Assembly (NCBI GenBank): GCA_040767805.1
Contig: JAXGNU010000003.1
Span: forward strand, 32,001 to 96,000
DNA length: 64,000 bases
From: Thermovirgaceae bacterium
Lineage (GTDB): Bacteria; Synergistota; Synergistia; Synergistales; Thermovirgaceae
Direction of reading: 5' to 3'
Each line of letters opens with the position of its first letter. The first letter of the stretch is position 1. The translations under genes were made by a program, and so were the position numbers. Positions 18,277 through 28,426 of the stretch are shown here, piece by piece. The notes under the pieces were generated by a model that saw only the letters and a list, made by a program, of their open reading frames with translations, was not told the DNA's origin and ran no database searches.

Positions 18277-19196
18277 CAGATCCGCACCTCCCCCTCGGCG
18301 GCGTCGGCCCCCGACGCTATCACCAGGTCACCCGGCTCGAGCCCCTTTTTGACCAGGAAACGCTTCCCCGATACCGGTATTCCCGTCACCTCCACGGCGA
18401 CGGACCTGTCACCGGTTACGAGGAAGGTCATCTTTTTCCTGTCCCTTAAGGTGACGGCGCTCTCCGGGATGAGCACCCCCTTCGCGTCCTCGGCGTGGAG
18501 CAGGTACGAGACCCTCCTGGAGAGGACGTCCGCCGACGAGAAGAACGGAAAGGTGAGATAGACCTTGTAAATTGGCCCCAGGTCGTTCACCGCGCGGACT
18601 TCCGCCCTGAAGGAAAGGTCCGAGGCGGATCTTTTTATCTCGAGATGGTCCCTGTCGCCCGGGTCCCATTCAAGGGCCGATTTCTCCACGTAGGCCACGC
18701 ACCTCAGGAATTGTGGCTGGGGTATGAATTTACCGATCTCTCCCCCCAGGGAGACCTTTTGGCCTTCGTGCAGGAAACGGGGCGGTCCCGGTTCGGGGAG
18801 CTTCGAGCTTCCGGGCCAAAGGACCCCATAGGACCAGCCGCCTTCGGCCCCGTCGAGGGCCGCCATGAAAAAACCCGGGCTGGGCGACTTCACCTGTCTC
18901 CTGCCAGCGGGAGAGGCCACTTCCGCCACCACCTCTCCACGGGCGCAATAGACGGGGCCCCTGCCCCGGGGGTAGGACACCGCGCCCTCGGCGGGCGAGG
19001 CCATCACCGTTTCTTCCCAGATCAGTACGCCTTCCAGCGGGATGTCCAGGGAAAAGACCACCGGTTCCGCCACGGCCAGTTCAGGCCTGAGGCGGAAATA
19101 ACGATCCCACCAGGCCTTGTAGACGAGGATCGCGCCAAGGACTATGCAGACGGTGAAGAAATAGTAGAACACCTTCGTCGCGGTTTTCCCTTTCAT
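18273..19196 (-). CDS. Membrane-anchored HlyD/periplasmic-adaptor-like protein
   Basis: N-terminal TM, barrel-sandwich-like SPAEG...GEVVA...SPSPG, C-terminal IPESAV...GLEPGDLV. Confidence 0.6.
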   Translation of the reverse strand: MKGKTATKVFYYFFTVCIVLGAILVYKAWWDRYFRLRPELAVAEPVVFSLDIPLEGVLIWEETVMASPAEGAVSYPRGRGPVYCARGEVVAEVASPAGRRQVKSPSPGFFMAALDGAEGGWSYGVLWPGSSKLPEPGPPRFLHEGQKVSLGGEIGKFIPQPQFLRCVAYVEKSALEWDPGDRDHLEIKRSASDLSFRAEVRAVNDLGPIYKVYLTFPFFSSADVLSRRVSYLLHAEDAKGVLIPESAVTLRDRKKMTFLVTGDRSVAVEVTGIPVSGKRFLVKKGLEPGDLVIASGADAAEGEVRIW

Positions 19197-19203
19197 GTTT
19201 TTA

Positions 19204-19920
19204 TCATATCACTCCCCGGTCCACGTCGAAGGCGCCTTCCTGCTCTACGGGCAAGACCCGGGCAAGTTCCGAAATGTCTTTGATGACGTCCAGGGCCCCC
19301 GCGCTTGAAAGGACGCCGGGGCTTGTTCCACCCGTGCTCACGCCGATAAACCGGATGCCGGCACTCCTTGCGGCTAGGGCATCGATCTCGGAATCGCCAA
19401 CCAGGGTCGTTCCCGAGGCTGTGCTCCCAAGGTTTCTCAGGGATAACCATAACGGCTCCGGGTGCGGCTTGGGGTTTTCCACGTCGTCCATACCGACGAC
19501 GGAGAGGAAGTACCCTCCGAGCCCGGCACTTTCGACGGCCCGGAGCAGTTTCTTCCTGTTCGAGACCACCCCTAGAGGAAGGCCTTTATCCAGGAGCTTT
19601 TTCAAGGCCCCCCGGGTCGCCGCGAAGGGCACGATCCTCTCGTACTCAAGGGGGACCAGGTACTTTCTGTAATATTCCATCCAGGCGGGTTCATAGCGCC
19701 CCCATAACATCTCCATGGCCTTATCCATCGGGTGTCCTATGGTCGATATCACTTCCTCCCGGGTCACCTCGGCCAACCCGAAGGATCCGGCCAGCCTGTT
19801 AAGGCAATAGGTAATGCCGAGGCTGCTGTCGACCAGGGTCATGTCGAAATCGAAAAGGACGGCCCCTTTCCCGCTCCGTTCCCCTCCCGTCCAGGCTGGG
19901 TTCCTCTGGTGTTTCATCAT
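19204..19920 (-). CDS. HAD family phosphatase (phosphoglycolate phosphatase-like)
   Basis: FDFDMTLVDS, VSN, KPHPEP, VGDSEID. Confidence 0.88.
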   Translation of the reverse strand: MMKHQRNPAWTGGERSGKGAVLFDFDMTLVDSSLGITYCLNRLAGSFGLAEVTREEVISTIGHPMDKAMEMLWGRYEPAWMEYYRKYLVPLEYERIVPFAATRGALKKLLDKGLPLGVVSNRKKLLRAVESAGLGGYFLSVVGMDDVENPKPHPEPLWLSLRNLGSTASGTTLVGDSEIDALAARSAGIRFIGVSTGGTSPGVLSSAGALDVIKDISELARVLPVEQEGAFDVDRGVI

Positions 19921-20867
19921 TCCCGGTCCAGCCGGTTCAAAAGATCCAAACCTCTATCCAGGCGCGAGATATTCTCCGCCACGGTCCGGGCTACACCCAT
20001 CAAAGCCTCGTCCGTGACCCCCCCAACATGGGGAGTGAGGGTGATCATGGGGTTGGCCAGCAGAGGGTCACCAGGGTCAGCGGGTTCATCCCAGAAAACA
20101 TCGAGGCCGACGCCGGCGAGGCGGCCGCTCTCGAGGGATTCTTCCAAGGCCCTCCTGGACACCAGTTCGGCCCTGCCGACGTTGACCAGGAAGGAACCGG
20201 GTTCCAGGGCCTTGAAAAATGCCCCGGAGGCGATCTCCCTGGTCTCCTCGTTGAGTTCGAGGGAGAGCACGACAAACCTGCACCCCGAAAGGGCCTCCTC
20301 CACTCGTTCGAGGTGGTAAAACCCGTCGAGGCCCAGGGAACCGAAGGACTGCCTTTCGGTCCGGTTCACCCCCCTGACCTCCATGCCCATCCCCTTGAGC
20401 CTGGACACGACGTTCCGTCCCACGTTTCCCAATCCTATCACGCAGGCCCTCTTCTTCCACAAGGAAATACCCTGGGGGGAGAAGAGCCGCCTCTTCCGGA
20501 TGTTCTCCTGGCAACGGGCATACTTCCTTGAGTGGAGGAGGAGGTGCATCAGGGCGATCTCGGCGACACCCTCGGCGTTCCCCGTGCCCCCGGAAGGCAC
20601 GTTGCAAACGGCTACGCCCATTCTTCTACAGGCTTCGATGTCGATCCCGTCGACACCGACCCCCCACTGGTGTACCAACCTGAGCCTCGGCGCGCCCTTG
20701 AGGAGGGCTTCATCCACGTCCAGGGGACCGCAGACAAGCACCTCCGCCTCCCCCAGGCGATCCGCCAGGCCGGCCTCGTCGGCGACCTCCATTTCATGAC
20801 CTGCCAGCAGCGGCCCCACGACGCCTCGAAGTTTTTCAAAGGTTTTGGGAAAAAAAAGTATTCTCAT
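19917..20867 (-). CDS. D-isomer-specific 2-hydroxyacid dehydrogenase
   Basis: GLGNVG, VNVGRAELV, LDVFWDEP, TPHVGG. Confidence 0.9.
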   Translation of the reverse strand: MRILFFPKTFEKLRGVVGPLLAGHEMEVADEAGLADRLGEAEVLVCGPLDVDEALLKGAPRLRLVHQWGVGVDGIDIEACRRMGVAVCNVPSGGTGNAEGVAEIALMHLLLHSRKYARCQENIRKRRLFSPQGISLWKKRACVIGLGNVGRNVVSRLKGMGMEVRGVNRTERQSFGSLGLDGFYHLERVEEALSGCRFVVLSLELNEETREIASGAFFKALEPGSFLVNVGRAELVSRRALEESLESGRLAGVGLDVFWDEPADPGDPLLANPMITLTPHVGGVTDEALMGVARTVAENISRLDRGLDLLNRLDRE

Positions 20868-21688
20868 TTTCCTGTCCGCCCAGGATCGTTTCGGAGGCGT
20901 TTATCCCTCGAAAGGCTGGCGAAAGCCTCGTGGGCGTGGATGCTTTCGTGGCTCACCACCCTGACCGAGTACCAACTGATACGGGGGTCATCATCCAGGC
21001 GCACCGCTACCTCCCTGACCACGTCCTCCACGAACCTGGGATTATCGTAGGCCCTTTCGGTGACGTATTTCTCGTCCTCCCTTTTCAAAAGGGTGAAAAC
21101 AGGGGATGAGGCGCTCTCTTCCGCGATATCGGCCAATTCCTCGATCCATACCAGGTGGTCCATTCTCACGGTTATCATCACTTCCGCCCGCTGATTGTGG
21201 GCCCCCCTTTCGGAGATCTCCTTTGAGCAGGGACAGAGGGTGTTCACCGGCACCGTCACTGTCAAGGTGAAGTCAAAATCCTCCCCGCAGGAGGCCCAGA
21301 AAACGGCGTCGTAGCGGGTGAGGCTCGGCGCACCGCTGACGGGGGCCCTCCTCGTGGCGAAGTAGGGGAAACTGAACTTCAATTCCGCCTTTTCGGCTTC
21401 TAGGTGCTCCCTAAGGGCCGCGGCGATGTGCTCCAGGTTTTGCAGGGTCACGTGGCCGTTGCAGGAATTCAGGATCTCTATGAAACGGCTCATGTGGGTC
21501 CCCCTGAAGTGCCTCGGGAGTGAGACGGACATCTCCACCATGGCCACGGTGTGCTGAGTCTTCTCGTTCCTGTCCCTCACCTGTATGGGGTAGGCCAAGC
21601 CCGTCACCCCCACGCTGTCTATCGGGATATTCCGCATATCATGCTCACTCTGTACATCACGCATGAGAGAGACACCCTCTCCTGTCAA
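20864..21688 (-). CDS. folE2: GTP cyclohydrolase IB (FolE2)
   Basis: RGTHMSRF, TLCPCSKEIS, GAHNQR, NPRFVED, ESIHAH. Confidence 0.95.
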   Translation of the reverse strand: MTGEGVSLMRDVQSEHDMRNIPIDSVGVTGLAYPIQVRDRNEKTQHTVAMVEMSVSLPRHFRGTHMSRFIEILNSCNGHVTLQNLEHIAAALREHLEAEKAELKFSFPYFATRRAPVSGAPSLTRYDAVFWASCGEDFDFTLTVTVPVNTLCPCSKEISERGAHNQRAEVMITVRMDHLVWIEELADIAEESASSPVFTLLKREDEKYVTERAYDNPRFVEDVVREVAVRLDDDPRISWYSVRVVSHESIHAHEAFASLSRDKRLRNDPGRTGK

Positions 21689-21719
21689 TTGGTCGCTATG
21701 CCTTGCCCTCCCCTGGGGC

Positions 21720-22688
21720 TTATAGACCCTCGGAACCTCCGGTCGAGGCTCCCCCCGGCGACATGTTCCAGAGGTTCAGCATCTCCTGGCCCCGCCCGCC
21801 GGCCTCAACGCCTAGGAGGGCCTTCATCTCGAGAGCGTTCCGTACCGCGTTGTCCCTGAAGCAATTGTTGAACATGAGGAAAACCCTGCCCCCTTCCTTT
21901 GCGAAGACCTTGGCTTTCTCGCTGAAAGGGGCCAGTTCGTTCATATCGTACAGGTAGTTGAATCGCTCCGCCACCTTGGCATCCCTTTTGTTCCAGGCAG
22001 GGGCGTTCCTCCCATGGAACCTCATCACCGTCCCCCAGGTGGCGGTGATGTGCCATTCCGGCGGGACGGTCCATTCCAGGCTGGGTTCATCCACGGCGGT
22101 GAAGGCCATATTCTGGTCCCTCAGGAGGTCCAGGAACCTCTCACGGTTGCCCTCCTCGAGCCATGACCTATGCCTGACCTCGATGGCCACCCTCGCCGGC
22201 GAGGCCAGTTTCGCGACCCTTTTGAACCAGTTGAGGTGCCTTTCGGAAAAGACCACCCAGGGGGGGAATTGAAAGAGCAGGTAACCCAGCCTGTTCATGC
22301 TGTGGAGCACCAGGACGCGGGAGATGAACCTTTCCCAGAGCGCTACGCGGGCATCCTTGGGGATCTCCCAGATTCGCAGCCTGGATCCCTTGGAGATGCC
22401 GGGGGGGATCAAATCCTGGGGAAGGGCCGTCACTGAGAGCGTGTGGAAGGTGAAAAGACCGAAGGCCTTTATGTTGAAAAGAAAACCCGGTGCGGTCCTC
22501 GCGGCCCATTGGTAGAATACTTCCTCACCCGGGATGGCGTAGAAGGTACTGTCGACCTCGACGGTATCGAAAAAGCCCGCGTAGTGCTTAAGCCTTGAAT
22601 AGGCGTCCCTGGAATTGTCCGGGTACCACCCGCTGGCAATGAGCGACCGGTCGGTCCAGGAACAGGTACCGACTCTCAGGCCTTCCAT
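21720..22688 (-). CDS. DUF72 family protein
   Basis: VGTCSW, FDTVEVDSTFYAIP, LFQFPP, RFHGRN, FNN. Confidence 0.88.
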   Translation of the reverse strand: MEGLRVGTCSWTDRSLIASGWYPDNSRDAYSRLKHYAGFFDTVEVDSTFYAIPGEEVFYQWAARTAPGFLFNIKAFGLFTFHTLSVTALPQDLIPPGISKGSRLRIWEIPKDARVALWERFISRVLVLHSMNRLGYLLFQFPPWVVFSERHLNWFKRVAKLASPARVAIEVRHRSWLEEGNRERFLDLLRDQNMAFTAVDEPSLEWTVPPEWHITATWGTVMRFHGRNAPAWNKRDAKVAERFNYLYDMNELAPFSEKAKVFAKEGGRVFLMFNNCFRDNAVRNALEMKALLGVEAGGRGQEMLNLWNMSPGGASTGGSEGL

Positions 22689-22785
22689 GGCGTAGACCTC
22701 CGGGGGATCATGAGGCGTAAGTCTGCGGTTCCATTATAATGGAGACCAGTCGTAAGCGAAATTTTCCTTGAAAGGAAGTGCCGCC

Positions 22786-23688
22786 TTGAAACTGGAAGGG
22801 ATCTACGCCCCCATACCGACACCCTTTGATGAAAACGGGGACCTTTACCTGGAAGCGCTCACCCTGAACTTCGGCCACTGGCTGGCCACTCCCCTTGACG
22901 GCATCGTCGCCGGCGGTTCCAACGGGGAATGGCCCCTTCTGACCTTCGACGAGAGGGTCGCTCTCTTCGGCGCCTGCGCCGACCTTTCGCAGGGGAAGAT
23001 CAAGGTGGTCGCGGGGGTACACTGCCCCTCCACGAAGGAAAGCCTCCAATTGGGCCTCGAGGCCGCCAGGGCAGGCTGCGACGCCGTCCTCGTGCTGCCA
23101 CCCCATTACTACAAGGGACAGAACTCGGGAGAGGCACTCAGGGCCTACTTCACGACCCTGGCCGACTCGATCGGGATACCCGTCGTGCTTTACAACATGC
23201 CCGCCAACACGGGGTTTAACCTCGAGCCCGGTATCGTCGCCGCCCTTTCGTCGCACCCTAACATCATCGGGATCAAGGACAGTTCCGGCGATATAGTGCA
23301 GATATCCACCCTTTGCAGGGACACCCATGAAAGTTTCGGGGTCTTCGCGGGGTCGGGGAGTTTCTTCCTCCCCTCCATCGCTGTGGGGTGTTCCGGGGGG
23401 ACCATGGGCGTGGCCAACCTTTTCGCCGACGCCTGCGCCGACATCCTCGGCAGCTTCAGGGAGGGCGACACGGGGCGCGCAAGGTCCCTGCAGCTCGGCC
23501 TCATTGAGATCAACCAGGCGGTCACCAAGCGCTTCGGAGTGCCCGGTCTCAAGGCCGCCATGGACCACGCCGGCCTGTACGGCGGCCCCGTCAGGACACC
23601 GCTGCTCCCGGCGGTGGAAAAGGTCCGGGAAGAGATCGGGAGGATCCACGACCAATTCAAATCTTTTTACAAGGAGGTTTTATCATGA
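22786..23688 (+). CDS. Dihydrodipicolinate synthase/N-acetylneuraminate lyase family aldolase (HOGA-like GSNGE)
   Basis: TPF, GSNGE, LYNMP, GIKDSSG (Schiff-base Lys); start approximate. Confidence 0.85.
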   Translation: MKLEGIYAPIPTPFDENGDLYLEALTLNFGHWLATPLDGIVAGGSNGEWPLLTFDERVALFGACADLSQGKIKVVAGVHCPSTKESLQLGLEAARAGCDAVLVLPPHYYKGQNSGEALRAYFTTLADSIGIPVVLYNMPANTGFNLEPGIVAALSSHPNIIGIKDSSGDIVQISTLCRDTHESFGVFAGSGSFFLPSIAVGCSGGTMGVANLFADACADILGSFREGDTGRARSLQLGLIEINQAVTKRFGVPGLKAAMDHAGLYGGPVRTPLLPAVEKVREEIGRIHDQFKSFYKEVLS

Positions 23689-24233
23689 AAAGGATCCTCG
23701 GGATACTGGGGAGTCCCCGAAGGGGAGGCAACAGCGAGACGCTGGCGAGAAAGGTGCTGGACGGGGCGGCGGAAAATGGATTCGCTACGGATATCATCCG
23801 TCTCCAGGGCCTAAACCTCACCGGTTGTACCGACTGCAGGAAGTGCTGGTCGGGAGGGTCTCCCTGCGTGATTGACGACGACATGGACAAGGTCTACGAG
23901 AAGGTCCGGGAGGCCGACCTCCTGGTCTTCGCCTCACCCCTTTACTGGTACTCCTGGAGCTCCCAAATCAAACCCGTCTGGGACCGGTTCCTCCCCTTTC
24001 ATCATGCTAAGGCCCGCTGGGACCTGAAGGACAAGAAGGCCCTGCTGGTGGCTGCGGCCGGTGATGATAAACCCGAGGCCTTCGAGGGGATGCTTTTTTC
24101 ATTCAGGACGTCCTGCAGGCTCCTCGGCATGGAAATGGTGAAACCCCTGCTCGCCCACGGCGTCCATGGCATGGGAGAGGCGACGAAGGGCAATTGGCTT
24201 AAGCTCGCCGAGGAACTGGGGAAATCTCTTTAA
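23685..24233 (+). CDS. Flavodoxin-like iron-sulfur flavoprotein / NADPH-dependent FMN reductase family
   Basis: GSPRRGGNS, CTDCRKC..C..DDM, ASPLYW. Confidence 0.85.
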   Translation: MKRILGILGSPRRGGNSETLARKVLDGAAENGFATDIIRLQGLNLTGCTDCRKCWSGGSPCVIDDDMDKVYEKVREADLLVFASPLYWYSWSSQIKPVWDRFLPFHHAKARWDLKDKKALLVAAAGDDKPEAFEGMLFSFRTSCRLLGMEMVKPLLAHGVHGMGEATKGNWLKLAEELGKSL

Positions 24234-24243
24234 GAAAGGCAAG

Positions 24244-24274
24244 AGGGGGCGGCTCTAGAGACCGCCCCCTTTTT
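24244..24274. terminator. Terminator between convergent operons
   Basis: AGGGGGCGG...CCGCCCCCT-TTTT. Confidence 0.75.
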
Positions 24275-25413
24275 CATCGCTCCACCCGGAACAGGGTTTC
24301 CTCGTCAAGCCCGGTGATCACCGGGATGTAGCCGCACAAGGCCCCATCCACCGAAGGGTCGCCCGTATCGACGAGGAGGGCCTTGCCGTAAAGGCCTTTG
24401 AGTTTGGAAGGGGCCCCTAGGACCAGGATTCTCTCTTTTCCCACGGACCTGATCACCCTTGGCGACAGCTGTAGGTTTCCCCGCCCCAGGATGAAACCCT
24501 GGCCGCCTATGACGGAGACCACCAGCCAGGTCCTCCCTGGCAAAAGCAGTTCCAGGACCTCCCTCTCCGACAGGTCGACGCCGAGGGTCTTGCCGTCCCT
24601 AAGGGCATCGACACCCAAAAGGGAGTATCCGCACCCCAGCCTTTTCATGATCGCCGCCGTGGTGGTCCCCGGTCCGACTAGGTACAGGTCCCCCGGGACC
24701 ATCCTGGAGATGACCTCCCTGGCTATCCCGTCGAGTTCAACGGCCCCGCTCTTCCCGCCGCCCGACTTCCCCCCCTGGAGGAACCTCCTCTCGCAGGGCA
24801 CCAGCAGGTAACCGAAGAGCCTGGCCCGGAGAGACCCTTCTCTGAAGGCCTCCTCATCGATATCCATAACCTCCCGCTCCTCCAGCGCGACGCTCCCCCC
24901 GGTAAGGAAGAGGCCGGCCAGTTCTCCCGCCATGGTTGGGTTACGGGCGAATACGGGGGAGTGGATCTTGACCCCCGACGGGATACCCAGCGCTGGGACC
25001 CTCGTCCCCAAGACGGCCGCGATATCCCTGGCGGTCCCGTCGCCCCCGGTGAAGAGGACTAGGTCGACGCCGGCCTCCTCCATCGCGAGGGCCGACCGCC
25101 TGGTATCCTCCGCCGATGTGAGTGGGCCGATTTCTATGGGAAGGACCTCGGCGCGAAGGCCGGCCACCAGCGACTCCCGTTCTCCCATCTCCCCGGCGCA
25201 AGTCAGGACCCTCACGTCATCGGTGACGCCCCTCAACGCCGCCAGGGCCTCCCGCGCCCTCAAGGGGGACCTCGGGACGGCGCCAAGGGAACGGGCCTTC
25301 TCGAGGATACGGGCGCCGTCGGTCCCCTTGAGGCCCACGGCTCCACCCATGCCGGCGATGGGGTTCACGATCAGGCCGAGCTTCTTTCGGACCCCGACTT
25401 TTCCGCCGGTCAT
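24274..25413 (-). CDS. ATP-NAD kinase / AcoX family protein
   Basis: NPIAGMGGAVGLKGTDG, GGDGTARD, GVKIHS, GGQGFILGRGNLQLSP; ATG overlaps the gcvPB-like stop. Confidence 0.88.
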   Translation of the reverse strand: MTGGKVGVRKKLGLIVNPIAGMGGAVGLKGTDGARILEKARSLGAVPRSPLRAREALAALRGVTDDVRVLTCAGEMGERESLVAGLRAEVLPIEIGPLTSAEDTRRSALAMEEAGVDLVLFTGGDGTARDIAAVLGTRVPALGIPSGVKIHSPVFARNPTMAGELAGLFLTGGSVALEEREVMDIDEEAFREGSLRARLFGYLLVPCERRFLQGGKSGGGKSGAVELDGIAREVISRMVPGDLYLVGPGTTTAAIMKRLGCGYSLLGVDALRDGKTLGVDLSEREVLELLLPGRTWLVVSVIGGQGFILGRGNLQLSPRVIRSVGKERILVLGAPSKLKGLYGKALLVDTGDPSVDGALCGYIPVITGLDEETLFRVER

Positions 25414-26975
25414 CTTCTTTCGAAGTACCCCCTGTATTTTTTCGTGTACTGTCGCCACGTAATAGCCCATCGGTCTGGGTCGTCCAGGTACTCGTGGTCG
25501 ATAAGGTGGATCGTGCTGCTCTCAGGGGCGCGCCTTATTGTCTCGGGCTCCTCGTAGCACTCCCTGGATATCTGTTCCATGATCCCCAGGTACTCATCCA
25601 GGTCCTCTTTGGAATAGGATTCGCTGGGCTCGATGGTGAAGGGTTCCGGTATGACCCAGGGTTCGTGGCTGCTCCAGTAATGGGTACCGAAATCGGCTAC
25701 CCTCCTCTGCACGTCGGCGGTGCCGAAACCGGTCTCTCTTTTCATCTGCTCCCAGCTGTAGCGCACCTGTTCGATCCTAGCCGGGTGACGGGGGAAACTG
25801 ATCGAGCATCCTCTTACTTCGCGCATCTTCTTCATGAAGTAGTTGTTGTTCAAGACGGCTATCCTCGAGGCCTCCTCCAACCCTTCAGCCCCGAGGGACA
25901 TTATCCAAGCGTAAGACCTGAGGACCACGGGGATCACGCCGTAGAAGGCCTTCACCTTACCGCAACTTTTGGGGAGGTTGAAGTCCAGGTAGTATCGGCC
26001 GCTCCTTTCATCCCGCCTGACGACCGGAACGGGCAGGTAGGGCTCCAGCGCGCGGTCCACCATGAGGAGTCCCGTGGCGGGCCCCCCGCAGCCGTGGGGG
26101 GACGAGAAGGTCTTGTGAAGATTGAAGAAGGACATGTCGAAACCGGCCTCCCGGGCCCGGGCGATCCCGAGGAGCCCGTTGGCGTTGGCCTGGTCGTAGC
26201 AGCATAGAGCCCCGTACTTTCGAGCCAGTTCTGTGAATTCCGCTATCCTGGAGTTGAAGATGCCCGTGTCCTCCGGGTTGGTGAAAAATATGGCGGCCGT
26301 CCTTTCCGACAGGGCGCTGCGGTAGGCTCCCAGGTCGGGGAGGCCCTCCTCGTCGGGTGGAATTATGACCACCTTGTACCCCTTCACCTTGGGGACCGCC
26401 GCGTCGGAGGGGTGCGAGAACAGCGTCGTAATGATCTCGTCGCGCCGCCCATCCTCCCCCCTGTCCCTGTGCCACGCCCTGGCCATGGTGGCCATGGCCA
26501 GGGCGCCGTGGGTCCCCCCCCCGGGCTGGATACTGCAGTAGTCGAGGCCGGAGATTTCCCTGAAGATCTCTTCCGTGCGATAGATTATTTCCAGTATGCC
26601 CTGGACCGTGGAGTGGTCCTGGCAGGGGTGAAGGTCGGTCATCTTTGGCGACCCGGCAAAGACCTCGTTGATCTTCGGGTTGTATTTCATGGTACAGGTA
26701 CCCTGCCCTATATCGATATTTAAGTCGGCCCCGAGGTTCTCCTGGGAAAGGCGGTTGAAATGCCTTACCACCTGGGGCTGGCCCAGTTCGGGCAAATACG
26801 GCGGGTCACTCCTCCTCATGCCGAGGGGTATGGAGGACAGGCCGTCGCCCACGGCCTGCTCTATCTCCTCTTCCGCTTCCGGCACCAGGAGCCCCCGGCT
26901 CCCCGGCGTGCTCAACTGGTAGATTATTGGTTCGTTCCATCTCATGTGGTGAAACGCCCTTTTCCTAAGGGTCAT
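25410..26975 (-). CDS. gcvPB: Divergent glycine decarboxylase P-protein subunit 2-like (GcvPB paralog)
   Basis: GTCTMKYNP, TNPEDTGIF, NLHKTFSSPHGCGGP (PLP Lys), EPSESYSKEDLD. Confidence 0.85.
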   Translation of the reverse strand: MTLRKRAFHHMRWNEPIIYQLSTPGSRGLLVPEAEEEIEQAVGDGLSSIPLGMRRSDPPYLPELGQPQVVRHFNRLSQENLGADLNIDIGQGTCTMKYNPKINEVFAGSPKMTDLHPCQDHSTVQGILEIIYRTEEIFREISGLDYCSIQPGGGTHGALAMATMARAWHRDRGEDGRRDEIITTLFSHPSDAAVPKVKGYKVVIIPPDEEGLPDLGAYRSALSERTAAIFFTNPEDTGIFNSRIAEFTELARKYGALCCYDQANANGLLGIARAREAGFDMSFFNLHKTFSSPHGCGGPATGLLMVDRALEPYLPVPVVRRDERSGRYYLDFNLPKSCGKVKAFYGVIPVVLRSYAWIMSLGAEGLEEASRIAVLNNNYFMKKMREVRGCSISFPRHPARIEQVRYSWEQMKRETGFGTADVQRRVADFGTHYWSSHEPWVIPEPFTIEPSESYSKEDLDEYLGIMEQISRECYEEPETIRRAPESSTIHLIDHEYLDDPDRWAITWRQYTKKYRGYFERR

Positions 26976-27008
26976 AAGGTTTCCTCTCCTTTCATCGGCG
27001 GCCCGCTT

Positions 27009-28400
27009 TCACCGGAGGATATCCGAAAGGGCCTCGACAAGCCTGTCTATGTCCTTTTTGCTCGTCTTCTCCGTGACGCAGTAGAGGGCGCTCTGCCCCA
27101 GCTCCGGGAACTCCCCCGACAGGTCCTTCCCTCCGAAAATGCCGCGGGCGAGGAGTTTTTCATTTATGTCGGCCACGTCGCGCCCGGACTTTCCGAAATC
27201 GACGACGAACTCCCTGAAGCAGGCCCCCGAGGGTTTCCCCGTCGATATGCCCGGCACCTCACCTAGTACCTTCCTGGCGTAAAGGGAACGCTGCAGAATG
27301 ACCTTCCCCAGGTCGGCCATGCCCTCAGGCCCCATGGAAGCGAGGTAGACTGCCGCCGCGATGCCCCAGAGGGCCGCATGGGTGCCGACGAACTCCTTCG
27401 CCGTCTCCCTATTGGCGAAGGAGGTCCTCTCCCAGGCCACGTCCCCGAAGCCCCACTCTTTCTCCCGGGTCGGGGCTATCCCGAAGAGGCGGGAGGGGTA
27501 CTCCTCGACGAAGCGGTTCTCGCCCTTGGTGCAGATGAACCCCCCTAGGCCTCCGCCATAGTTCATGTGGACCCCCAGGGGCTGGATGTCCCCGCAAGCT
27601 ATGTCGGCGCCGTACCTGGAGGGGGGCTCCAGGACGCCCAGCGTGGAAGGGTCCACGAAAACCACCATGAGAGCCCCGGCTTCGTGGGCTACCCGGGCGA
27701 CCCTCCCGCCCTGGTCCTCGATCGTCCCCAGGTAGGAGGGGTTCTCGAAATAGACCACGGCCACCTCATCGGTCATCTTCGACCCCAGGTCCTCGAGGTC
27801 CAGCAACCCAGAGGATCGGTCCCAACCGAACATTTCGACCGTCATCACCGGGTCGAGGTAGGTCCGCACCACCCTGAGCCTGTCGGGGTTCATGTTGCCC
27901 GCCAGCAGGGCCTTTTTCCTGCCCGTCAACCGTGAGGCCATCCTAAGCGATGTCCCGGCGGCCTGGGCGCCGTCATAGGTCGGGACATTGCATACATCGA
28001 AGTCGAGCAATTCCGCCATCATGCTCTGGTATTCGAAGAGGGCCTGGAAACGGCCGTGGTCCTCGTAGGGTTCCCCGGCGTAGGCCGTAAGGAATTCCGA
28101 CCTCCCGATGACCTCGTCGACCACGGCAGGGACGTAGTGATCGTAGCACCCCGCCCCAAGGAAACTGAGGTATTCCCCGACGGTGATGTTCCTGGACAGG
28201 AGCCCTTCCACGTGCCGCTTCAGGTCAGCCTCGGCCGGAAACGGTTCGGGAAGGTTCATCCTGGACTTCATCCTGATCTCTTCGGGGATGTCGCCGAGAA
28301 GATCATCGACGCTGTCAACGCCGATTTCCCTGAGCATTGCCTCCCTGACTCGAGGCTCCGAATTGGGGATATAGGGGTAGACTCTTTTCTTGCCCTTCAT
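27009..28400 (-). CDS. gcvPA: Divergent glycine decarboxylase P-protein subunit 1-like (GcvPA paralog)
   Basis: YIPN...MLREIG, FLGAGCYDHYVP, RSEFLTAY, FEYQSMMAEL, CVTEKTSKKDID. Confidence 0.85.
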   Translation of the reverse strand: MKGKKRVYPYIPNSEPRVREAMLREIGVDSVDDLLGDIPEEIRMKSRMNLPEPFPAEADLKRHVEGLLSRNITVGEYLSFLGAGCYDHYVPAVVDEVIGRSEFLTAYAGEPYEDHGRFQALFEYQSMMAELLDFDVCNVPTYDGAQAAGTSLRMASRLTGRKKALLAGNMNPDRLRVVRTYLDPVMTVEMFGWDRSSGLLDLEDLGSKMTDEVAVVYFENPSYLGTIEDQGGRVARVAHEAGALMVVFVDPSTLGVLEPPSRYGADIACGDIQPLGVHMNYGGGLGGFICTKGENRFVEEYPSRLFGIAPTREKEWGFGDVAWERTSFANRETAKEFVGTHAALWGIAAAVYLASMGPEGMADLGKVILQRSLYARKVLGEVPGISTGKPSGACFREFVVDFGKSGRDVADINEKLLARGIFGGKDLSGEFPELGQSALYCVTEKTSKKDIDRLVEALSDILR

Positions 28401-28426
28401 GGCTTATTACCTCCTGCTCCGATTTT

